From Acanthaster planci (taxonomy: Eukaryota): a stretch of 64,000 bases of DNA. The stretch lies in assembly GCF_001949145.1 (NCBI RefSeq), contig NW_019091362.1, positions 2,964,204 through 3,028,203 on the forward strand, given 5' to 3'. The position numbers and the translations under genes were made by a program. Numbering within the stretch: position 1 is the stretch's first letter; each line of letters opens with the position of its first letter. The notes below the pieces were generated by a model, which was given only the letters and a program-made list of their open reading frames with translations, was not told the origin of the DNA and did no database searches. Of this stretch, positions 11,326-22,731 are shown in pieces.

Positions 11326-11469
11326 CATCAGGATTCTTCCAATGGGTTGCATGAGTCGTCGTACCTCCGTCGTCGCCTGGGTCGTGTCGGATCAGCCCAG
11401 AAGCGGTGGCAGCACAAAGTCAAACAACAACGTCAGGACGTCTTTCAGGACCACACCCTGCTGAGCTAA
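11326..11469 (+). CDS. TMEM9: TMEM9-family exon 5 (last coding exon)
   Basis: Acceptor ttgtttgtcctcacag. Encodes HQDSSNGLHESSYLRRRLGRVGSAQKRWQHKVKQQRQDVFQDHTLLS*, matching the TMEM9 tail [24 protein letters not shown]. Total CDS 525 nt = 174 aa. Confidence 0.95.
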   Translation, partial: HQDSSNGLHESSYLRRRLGRVGSAQKRWQHKVKQQRQDVFQDHTLLS

Positions 11470-11813
11470 GCCTGACCGAGGTCTTGGCAAGCCAGCATCT
11501 GGGATTTGGGTGACTGTTTTCCGGAATGGAACAGAATGGATTCCAAATATTGAAATCTAAACAGTGGCCTCCAACTCCACTTTTTGTCTTTTTTTGGGAG
11601 GGGGGAAGAATCAACTTCGTATAGTACAGTACATGTAGCTGTTCTTATAGTCCAAGAGTCGATTTTAGGACACGCCTGACAGTTTGGAAAGCTGGTTGAC
11701 TACAGGAACCAAGCAATTCTGGAAAGAAACAGGTGCCGTAAAGCTCTTAAATAAGATGGGCACCTCTCAGATCAAGCTAGTCTATTTCATCTGTGAAATG
11801 CAAACTTCTTTAA

Positions 11814-12342
11814 CCACTACCGGCCGGGGACTCCGGGATCGGAGCCGTATGGTTTATATGTGTGGCCGGGGTCTCCGAACTCGGACAAAGGAAACAGGGC
11901 CCTGTAACAAAAGACCGTACTCCGAACAAAAGACCAGGCTGCTGGGCATGACCGGCATTTTTCACTCTCAAAAATGGNNNNNNNNNNNNNNNNNNNNNNN
12001 NNNNNNNNNNNNNNNNNNNNNNNNNNNNNNNNNNNNNNNNNNNNNNNNNNNNNNNNNNNNNNNNNNNNNNNNNNNNNNNNNNNNNNNNNNNNNNNNNNNN
12101 NNNNNNNNNNNNNNNNNNNNNNNNNNNNNNNNNNNNNNNNNNNNNNNNNNNNNNNNNNNNNNNNNNNNNNNNNNNNNNNNNNNNNNNNNNNNNNNNNNNN
12201 NNNNNNNNNNNNNNNNNNNNNNNNNNNNNNNNNNNNNNNNNNNNNNNNNNNNNNNNNNNNNNNNNNNNNNNNNNNNNNNNNNNNNNNNNNNNNNNNNNNN
12301 NNNNNNNNNNTCAACGTTGAAAAATGCCCCGGTCCGAAGTGG
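11814..12342. mobile_element. piggyBac-like non-autonomous element spanning the gap
   Basis: TTAA|CCACTACCGGCCGGGG ... CCCCGGTCCGAAGTGG|TTAA: TTAA on both flanks, 13/16 TIR match. Confidence 0.75.
11978..12310. other. Assembly gap
   Basis: Run of N. Confidence 1.
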
Positions 12343-15300
12343 TTAATAAAGAACATTAGGAAGCAAATAATTATGTTGAAGATAATTACACCTTTCTGTG
12401 ACCTTCAATTCACTTACACTGTCGGGTTTCACAAGTGGCACCATTGGCTGCCAGGTATCACGCATTTTGGGATCTGCAGTCCATTCTGGGAAAAGTTGGT
12501 CACTTTTTTGCACAGGGTTAAATTATGTATGTTAACTAACGGTACATATCTGTTCAAATGACTAATAGTACATAGAGCAATAGGTTATATACTCATTGCA
12601 TCGTAAGTGCAGTACCTTCTTTCACTGGGCCAAGTCCAGTGATCAGCTAAGGATTGGAATTCACTCAGGCTGCTTTGTGATTACTTGGCTGTAGCTTCAA
12701 ATTACGGCTCAATGGGAACTTGTAACGGCCACTTCCATAGAGTCATGCATCATTTCTAGCCGCAGCCTAGAAATGTTGGCCAAACTTAAGCACTGAGATA
12801 TTTGCTCAAGCAAAAGGTGGTTACCAGCCAAGAAGGCAGTGTTTCTATCGTGTGACTGGTTCCCAGCAGGTGTTTGAGTGGCACATGAACTTGGCCAGTG
12901 GTATCTTTTCCAGGAGTTTTATGATTTTGGGCCCTGGTGTTTGTGGCCAGTGAGGAGACTAATGTACAGCTGTCCTGGATTTGTACCTGTGTAGCATCCC
13001 ATCAGTCCTAGAGCCCAATTTAATGATGATATAAGGCAGTTTTTACTGCAGTGCATGGTGGAATAGAATGAGGAGTCATTGGTGCATATATCGCCATACA
13101 TACGTCATAAGCTTATGCATACGATTCTCTCCCTTTCCAGAAGGCAATTTATTTGATATCAATTGTTTTAAATCTTTGAAGTATTTATATTCCTCGACAG
13201 GAAATGTTAAGATTACATCTTTCAATTTCTTGTGATTGGATGCAAACCCTACGTCTAAACCATTTTCCCTACTTGTGGCACATGACACCTGTGTTCACCA
13301 CACCAATGACACCGATTCAATCCCTGTGTTGATCAATCACTGTGCAGTAAACACTGACGGTTCGCCAGCACCAAGGGCTGTTATGCGTTATTATCTCTAA
13401 TAGTCCTGAAGAGTCCAACTACTGGAGGAGTTTCTCCAACCATTAGATGATTCAGTGCTGTTAGAGTGAAGCAATGTGTACTATGTAATAAATTTGGAGG
13501 TGGATTTGTACATGTTAATGTGTAATATTTTGTACATTGTGAAACATTTTTCAGGCCAAGGAGGCTAGTACTTGCATTTTATTAAACAGACATGAATTTA
13601 TTTATAACAATAGAAAGTGCGAGTTTGTTTTATTCATCCAAGTGTGTAGCCAGTTGTAGGAAGTCTGAATCAAAGAATTGGAATAACTGATATCTCCATG
13701 TTTGCATTTCCTTTCTGATATAAATTAAAACCTACCGTGGAAATGTGAGAACACAAAGGGTGATGCAAGCCCCCCCTACTTTTTGTATACATGTTAACAA
13801 TGTATATATATGCACCATGTTCTCAGACTTGTACCAGGAACTTAAATTATCCTTTCATGCGGAACTGCTCACATATGCATAATAATGAAGAGATAACTAC
13901 CTTTCCCCTACCTTGGGTAGGGGGAATCAAAATTCTTGACAAGGCACATTGGCTGGGCAGAACTCTACAAATTCTGCACAACTTTGTGCTTTCTTAGTAT
14001 TAGTTGTATGGTATCAGTAGGCGGAGATTTTGGACTTTTTTGGGGGGGGGAGTGAGGCACCTTTAAATTCTGATCAACACTTTCTGGTCAATAAAAATTG
14101 AACTTAACAAGAAGATTCAACCAATAGATTTGTTAGAATCCCTTTGTGCATTTCCGAGTGGACATTATCGAAGGGAGTGCCGATGGAAACGTTCACAGCC
14201 TTACCCTTCCTCTCCTAACTAAAAATCCTGAACTTGCTTCTTTTCAAGGGTGTATAGACCTCCCTCTCGGGCCACCCCTTAAAAAAACATGCCGATTGTT
14301 TTCATCTTTGGCACAAAGCATGTATAACTTTGTCAACAATCTACCTTGCTTATGTCTGCATCGTGCCCTAACGTGTAGATACAAATCTACCCCATTCCCC
14401 TGCCTTTGGGCTGTCCAAAATGTGAAATTGTGTACTGAACAAAAATCTAGGAAGTTAGGCCCTGAACAATGCACTTCTTGGCCATTGTTCATCTATTTAG
14501 TCCTGACCTGATTGGTGAACAGACTTGAGAACTGTCTTGTGCCCGACTTGTCAATTTCAACTCTGTAGATAACGAATCGATTTCTAGACTTCCAGTCATA
14601 TGAACAGAAATGAGACCATCAAGTGAATTTCAAAATTATTCCTTTGTTCTTTTCGAAACATTTACCTTTATTGCTTTCGTGAGATTTTGGGTTTGAAAAA
14701 TCAGTACTGTTTCAATATTTAGAGATTCTTGATTTGTTAATTGAATTTCCCAAAGCATGTTGAGAAGTGATGTTTAATGGAAAATTCCGCTTCCAATATG
14801 TGTCGTCACAAATGGTCATAAGAAACATGAATACTTGTACAATACATATTTACAACTGCAGTTTCCCATGGTCTTAGTCTTCAGGCAGGGTTGCTACATC
14901 TGCCTGCGCTGTTATTGTTCACGTCACTTTTGGCGGCGATACGTATACTAGCAGAGGCATGGGTCGAACCGTCAGTGATGGGACCATTCGCGAATGGTAC
15001 ACGAATCCCTCCTGCATTTGAAAATGTGAAAAACTTATATGACCACCACATGTCGTTGTGTTGAAATACAAGTTTTTATCATTGTTATCCCAAGTTTGTG
15101 CACTGTAATTAAACTTAGGAACGATACGGTGGTACACTCGATTCTATGCCTTAGTCATAAAATCACACTCAAAACTAAAGACGAGTTCTTGTTTAATTAA
15201 TAACTTGTTAAAATATGTACACCTTTCAATGGCAAGCTCATAACACTGGCATTCATTCTGAGGTTGAACATGAAAAAAATGCTTAACAGATGTCTTTTCC

Positions 15301-18300
15301 AAGTTACATCGTCGTCCAACTGACGTAAACGGTTTAGGCCTTCATCATGCCAAGAATCTCCGTAGTAAATGGCAAATTAATTGCCAATGAAATTGTTCCA
15401 ATTAAATAACAGTTTCATCTGAAGGTGTCGCGAACAGCATACAGTGATGTGCAACGGGGCCATACCATTTCACACTGTGAAATCGACACGAGAGGTTGTA
15501 AAATACAGATTCCGATGCGTGCGCTGGAGAGGGCGTAAAATACCACAGTACACCTGGGCGTATTACCGTCGGACCACTCACATCAAGCCTATGACCGGCC
15601 GGCTGCTCTCACGCGGGGCCAGCTTTTTGAAGGAACGTTCTGGGTCAAGTCAATATGGAGAGATAATCGACATCATCCAAATGATAACATCAATCTAGGT
15701 CACAAGAGGTGTCTATTACCAACGTGCAACTGTTGCCCGGTGAAACTCATCTGTATAGGGAGGTTCGTGCGTCTATGCAGTGCGTTCGCCTCTTAATACC
15801 AAAAATATACAGGAGATTGACGAAGGAGGCCACAATAACGGTATGACCACATACCGGGTCTGATGCGGCCGCCCTAGGATGTGTACCGGTTTGTGTTAAT
15901 AGTTGAAAGCATATACAGATGTTACTTTTGGAAGTATACGGCAACGTTTTGCGCAATCGTATCCAAGGCTGCAATACTCTGGTTTGGACCCGCAGAGGTC
16001 GCTTAAATTAAAACGATTGGCCATGGCTTTTGAAGCCCAGGTCCAGATCTCGTTATTGGTGCATTACACATGCGCTTTTCAACCATCTCTGTTATGAATT
16101 CGTTGACAATGATATGTCGGTCGGCACTGACAATTAGAACCTTGGCCCTTTTCCAATACTCGACTTGGGCTCCGTCTCAGGCTTCTTTCCCAAAACCAAT
16201 CCCCGATTGTGGGCCTGAAGTGTTTAAATTAAATTGGATTACTGTAATTTCTGGCTCTCTTGCATCTTATTTGATGTTTTGTGGCACTATTAAACTAATT
16301 ACTGCGCTTACAGCTTCAACGTCAGCTAGTTAAAAAACAGTTGAAGCCTGGGACGGAGCTGAAGTTGAGTACTGGAAAACGGCCATAGTTTGTAATACAG
16401 TCCACGTGAGAGGATTATGGGATACCGAAAGGTGAAAATTTTCTTCAGAACGCTTCGGTATAAAGTCGCGGGGAGTATGCTGTCGTTTTCACTTAAATTT
16501 TTTTTAGTAATCATGAAGTCTGCTTGCAATTTTTTTCAAACAAACGGTAGGCGACCTATCGGCTGCAGGAGTCCTATTGCCGGTTCGAAGTTTCTGAAAT
16601 TGCGAGGGAGGAAAATGGAAAAAAAAACAACTCCGAGTTCAGTCTCCTTGCCAACTCCGGCCATTGCACCCGAATGGAGCTGGTGTCCCGCCGAGACGCA
16701 ACAGCTGAAACCGCGGGATGCTCGGGACCTCCCTTAGTAAAGTTGCAGATATGACAATATAGCATTGACGGGGGAAAAAAAAAGAAAGACTATGCGGATT
16801 TTTGTGGTTTTACGCAATATTGCGAGGCTCTGCATACTTAATTGCATCAAACCACATATAATACGTTGGGTCAAAACATGCTTTCAGAAGGAGAGTTCAC
16901 AGACTTGATTTTCACGATGATTCACTCTGAAAGGTAGTGCTAGAGTTGCGTATTCTTGACACTGGCGTTCGTTTATTATTTTTACATATGTCAAAATAAT
17001 TAATAAGTGATTTTTTCCCCAAAAGTTTGTTTAATAACAATGACGTGCCTGAGCTTGTTCGTTCCTATGGTCTGTTTAATATGCATACCGTGTCCGAATT
17101 CAGGCAGTCTGTAATCTTTGTGGGAAATGCTATTTTGGCGGAGCCTGTAGCTCCGATGTAAAATATACGTACCGTAGCCGTGCAGACAACGGAGAGCAGT
17201 CTCTTCGTGAAGCGGTGGCGGAGCGACAAGTCGCGGTATCTTGAGAGAAAGAGAAAGAAAAAAAAATGATATTTTACATGCAAGAGATGAATAATTACTG
17301 CTTGGATTTCGTCCAAACTTAGTAAAAATTATTCAATGAAACTGCTTGCCTGCGAGATCTCTGTACTTTTTAAAACAAGCTAGAACAAGGTAGTGTGGGG
17401 TTGTCAGAGAATTTCCATCAACAGATGCCTGCAGATTTCGACAGACACCTTTTTATCTGAATAATTATTCATTATTTTTTGTCAAATCAATGATGGTGCT
17501 AATGGGAACATGTTTACCAACCCATCGAGTCAAAACGGACAAGCTAGCATTATTTCAATCTGATTGTGTTTGTTAAATCATGCTCGAATGTAATATTTTT
17601 GCAAAAGAAAAGACAATATTCGTGTTTTTTCAGAACTCTGTTGTCTGTCTGTAAAAATTGTGTTTTTTGTTTATTTGTTGGGTTGACTCTTGTTTGCATT
17701 TGGTGAAAAATCAAGGCAAATTTCGTTGAAGCCTTCTCAAAAGGAAATTGTATGAATAAACGTTCCTTTCCCGACCGTTAAACTAATTTCGTTTCCCTTA
17801 TGTATAGAGCTGCGATGCGCGCCTAAATGATGCGCATCGTGTGACATCGCTCCTCTTCGTGGGATTCAACCCAGGCACGGGAAAGGATACCGTGGGACGC
17901 AGCTTCTAAGCCCCTCACCCGCAGCGGTGGATCCGGTCAAACAGCCCTCAGCCTCCAGTACCCTCGCACCGGTCCCACGATCGCGTTACAAGCCATTGAG
18001 GACCGCCGGGTCGCGCCGTCCGCGGGGCCCATAGGGGCCGGGCCAATCCCGGCCCTTCCCGGTGAAAACCCGACACCGCCGCGGAATCGCTGGCCAGATT
18101 TGGCAAATGAACTTGTTTCTTGGGTTTCCCGTGGGCGAGTTAAGAAAAGAAGGGGACATTGGACGTCAACAATTGAGGGAATAAATCGAACGCTGTAACC
18201 GCTAATCTGTTTAAAAGGGAGTTGACCCTTCGTGTATCTGAAAATATATTTTGTGAAGGTGAAAACTCGACAGGTCCGAGGGTTCATAGTTGCTGGCATC

Positions 18301-18531
18301 TGGGTCAAGAGGGGGTAAACAATTTAAGATGTCTACAGCTATAACTAGCATTCTTAGATTTGAAGAAACAGTGGTCAATCAATGTTGTTTACGGTAGAAA
18401 ATTAAGTGTTTTCAGTTGCGACATGATGCGCACCTAATAAATGTTAAAACTGGGCTCAGCTGGATAGAGCTTGGAGAGGATAATGTATCGCTCGATTCCG
18501 AGAATCACGCTGCATGAGGCTAAAGGACAAA

Positions 18532-18691
18532 TTTAAATAAGATTTGAAGTCATGGTGGAAGTCACATGAGATGTAGGCTTGCGAGTACACCATGGAATCA
18601 GTCTCTTTTGGAAGAGGTGTGGTTCTTCGAAGAACTGGTGAGCGTCAACTCGGCGTTTCGGCCAGGATACTCTAGCCGTCCTCTGGAGAGT
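18532..18691 (-). mobile_element. Penelope-like repeat fragment with a hammerhead-like motif
   Basis: Homologous to both arms of 57191-57408. Minus strand reads CAGAGGA-C-GGCTAG-AGTATC-CTGGCC-GAAA-CGCC. Confidence 0.6.
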
Positions 18692-21600
18692 GTGCTGAGC
18701 TGGGTTATGAAAGTAATCTAGAGGCAGTGGAACGCAAAACGAGATTCGCAGGTTGTATATTTGTAAATTGGCGGGAAACCTTCGGTTCGGGTATAGGGGA
18801 CCCTTATGCCGGGGGGGGCAGAGGTGGGTTGTCGCTTCGGGTAGAGAAGACCCTAACGTCTGGGGTGGGTGGTATTGGACAACACAAAATTTCAAGTTTC
18901 AACGAAATGAAGGCCATAGCACACCCGACTGCATGCGGCTACGTTCTTACGTCACCAAGCTAAACAGCACGGCCTACACGAGTCCGACAGTGTCCAAAAC
19001 AGACACCGTTTTCTTTCAAGCTGCGGCTATTCGCCGCAGAGCGCTAATGGAAAAAAAAAACTGAAGCAGTAAGCCGTGTGACCAATGCGGACACTGCTTC
19101 AGATGCAAAGTTTTCGTGTCCTGCATAATTCACACTGTTAAAAGTGACGTCTCAGCGCCTTAAAATTGGGCTTGGTCGGTCGTGATGTTGCAACAAAATC
19201 TAATTTTACGATGGCAAATGTTTGCACTGATAACAAGGACGGTTCGTCACTTCATGGTGAAACCGACGAAGTGACTGTTTTTTTCGAAAAGCTTAACTGT
19301 ACTAGCCCACAAATGATTCGACCTATTAATATCCACTATTATATTGTGTTTTATTGTCTGCAGCAAGGAGCTGGGATCCATAACTGGACAGACAACGCGA
19401 AAGAAAGATGTCCACAAAACTAACTCGGCTCAAAGGGTTATGTTTCACACAACAGTCAAGTCTCACTATATTGTTGGGAAGGCGAAAACAAGAGCACTTA
19501 AAAGAAAAGAAAGAAATAAACTTCTAAAATCCACTCATTAAGCACACGACTAGCGATGTGAATTTTCCATCTTGCATTCCTTAAAACAAAACGACAATAA
19601 ACGATAAAATTGATGACGAAATTAAGACTTCCACTTGAGACAAAACACATTAATCTTTGTAGGCCTACAGGTTATATCCTAAAGAAGAAATAAAATATTC
19701 CTGTCCTTTGTAATCGTTCCGTTCTAGAACATAAATTTTCCACAGTTCTCTGTGTAGTAAAGACAACCCAAAATTTAAGTAGAGGCTGTTGACAACTCAT
19801 GCACTATTTCAGTCAGGAAATAAGCTGATCTCGCATGTTGTTGGCTACAAACTAGCAAAAGGCATGACTATTTATGAACAGGTTTGACAACCAAGCCTTA
19901 ACCGAGAAAAACGAGCAATCGTTTCACCCGTGTATCTCAAGAGGAGCATATAGTTTTCGCAGACTTCGTTATTATTTTCACTGAGGATAACCATCGCCCA
20001 ATCATCTGAAACATTGCCTTCCGCTTGATTCAATCTATAAGCGTGGCCGTCAGGAGCAGATCCGGCCAAGCACCTGAAACAACGACCAGACCAGTGAGGC
20101 AAATTTCTAGCAATCTGTCGAGGGTGTGAAAAGAGAGAGAGAGAGCGAGAGGAGATAACGGCCCGGGGAGGAGGATAGGCATTCCTCAACTCCTCCTGGA
20201 CTGAGTCAAGCACCTGGAGTTCGCTCGGAGTTCATCAATCTCGACTAAGGGGGTCATATTTGATGGGCTTGTGAGTTACATCTCGCACGGAGTGAATGAC
20301 TTCCGTAGAAGCTTCACGAACTGTGGAGGCCTCGAGGCTTGAAGACAACAAAATTTCTTCTAACATTACTTCACAGTGTCGATGTACCTTGAAGATGCTG
20401 GCCTGACCTGTACTACGAATTAAAGTCGGGTTTTGCAGCCTGCTGCAAATATTTTAAACGGATACCAGACTGATTTTTTAAGCCAGGTTGGCAAAAGATC
20501 TCAATAAAGAAATCCTCGTGATTACACCCAAATTTAAGTGAAAAAGTTGGCCTTTTTTCAGGATTGTCGACTGCATGCATAGGAATATATCTTGCCCGTT
20601 GTTTCCCACAATCAATTTATTTGAGCAAACAAGTGATTTCTAATCGAGATCAAACAAAAAAGCACCACTGATGAGTGATTTTTATACATAAAGAAACATT
20701 CCACAAATTAATTTGCCTGTTCCCGTGAACGAATTTGTTTCCTTCAGTAATAACTTTTGCGCTTTCTTTCGTTTGTATCTTTGTTTTGTTTTAACCGCTT
20801 TCCATAACATAAGGATGGAATATTTTTCTGTTCAGAATCTTGCATAACAAGTATTTTTCTTGGCATAAACGGCAGGCGAACTAGCAAACTGAAATGTCAA
20901 ATCAAAGGAGAGACCTTCATCACCCAAAACATGTGCAGGTGATAATGAAATTTATCAAGTCGGCCCGAACATTCGCAGCTCCTGCCATGTTGGCAATCAG
21001 ATATTTGTTGACTGCCCGCCACGGCGGGCGCATTTGGACGGCAGGGGGATTGGGGCGAGTGATTCACGGCGAGGAAACATCTGCCATGTTATTTAGTGTT
21101 CCTGTAAAATAATCAGGCAGAATTTCTTAGGTGTCGCATCGTGTCGGGGAGTCACTGAGGCCCCACGGGTGCGAGGAAGGCCAAAGAAATTGGTGTTCGA
21201 TGGGTGCTGATTGGGCAATTAGTAAAACGAATTTGGCGCCAATTTGTCACATTTTGTTTGAAGGGGTCGATTTCCTGCATTGTTCAGGAAAGTAACGGTT
21301 TAAAGTGAGCAACTTTGGTACCGCTTTCTGTAAACTTTCAAAAAGAGCTGGACGGTGAAGTCTCCAAAGTCTAAAGAGAGAAATTTCCCTCCATTCCAGT
21401 GAATATCTTTTATCCTCGGATTGAAACTATAGGACGAGACAAATTCCAGTTAAACTGAATTCATGAAATACATTGAGATTTATCCCGATCTTACACTGGA
21501 AGGGGTTCGTTTTCAATTATATCAAAGTAAATTCAGAGTGATATTTACTCTAAAAACGTTAAGTCCCATAGTTTCACTCTTTCATTTTTATACAGTTTTA

Positions 21601-22702
21601 AGTCGAAAACAGTCATTACTTTTTCATCTTTCATAACGATGATTCTCAGGAAACTTCTTATCAAGGTCCAAATGTTCCTTTCCTATTCGGCATTTCAGCA
21701 ATCAGAATGGCTTTTCGGTAAATCCTAAAGGGTTACATTCAACTTTACATAGGGGAATACATTGTACTAATAATTAATACAGGTACACGCATTGCTTTAT
21801 TTTTCCGTAAGATTAGAAAAGATATTGAATGAAACCTTCAACCTTCCCCCTCTTTTTTCTGTAAAGGCTAAAACCACACGTACAATCCGATCGAAAGTTT
21901 TGTTAATTACGGAATTTCTAAAATCCATAGGTGGCGATTTTATTCTTTATTGGTCTAATTCTGTTAACGTGTAAAATTATGCTTCACTAGCCACATAAAT
22001 TCTTGCCAAAGGAGAGGTGAAACTGTAATCCGTTTATAAATTCACAGTGAAAAATTCTTACTAAAAACCGAACTGGCCAAATTTATAGCCATGGAGAGCA
22101 AAATGTCTTCATACTTTACACGGAGATTTGCTTAGTCATTCATGTGATCCCTTTAAAGACAATCGATTGGTCACATTTTAGCGCGCAGCGGACGCCCCTC
22201 ACTGCCCGCTGTCAGCCGTACGAGGCAGCTGTCGTCCTACCGGGGGGCTGGGAGAACACATCGACTCGGAATGGCCGGTATGCTAAGGGTACGCGAACCT
22301 CGTGGGCTGACAGGAGAGGTCGGCGTGTGGCCCAGTTTGCCTTTCGGATAACTCCGCCCAAGTGATGGAAACAATGACAATTTGTTTTTACTCCAAAGAC
22401 TCTCGATTTCTCGTCATTTGAATGGGATTTTAGAAAAGAGTAAATCGAAAAATATTGTTGATTACTGTTACAGATCAGTTAAAGAAACTTTGGTAACTAA
22501 AACCAATCTTTGTGCACATTTTATCGCCACTTAGGTTACCATTATAGAAGCTCACATCTTAAGTGTTACGGGTTACAAATAGATACATCCTAAATAGAAA
22601 ATGAGTTTAAGTAGGCAGTTTTTCATGTACATTGCACGCTCAGGGTCCAATTTAAAAGATTCGTTCCAATGTAAAGGAATATACGGCCAGGCCGGCGGTA
22701 TG

Positions 22703-22731
22703 TGAGAGAGAGAGACACAGAGAGAGAGAGA
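22703..22731. repeat. (GA)n microsatellite
   Basis: GAGAGAGAGAGACACAGAGAGAGAGAGA. Confidence 0.85.

Noticed and set aside
1248..12561. ORFs containing X runs (1248-1860, 11684-12561)
   Set aside because: They are artefacts of reading through N gaps.
13406..13435. CTGAAGA-GTCCA...TGGAG hammerhead-like string
   Set aside because: The GAAA box is absent; at best a heavily decayed relic.
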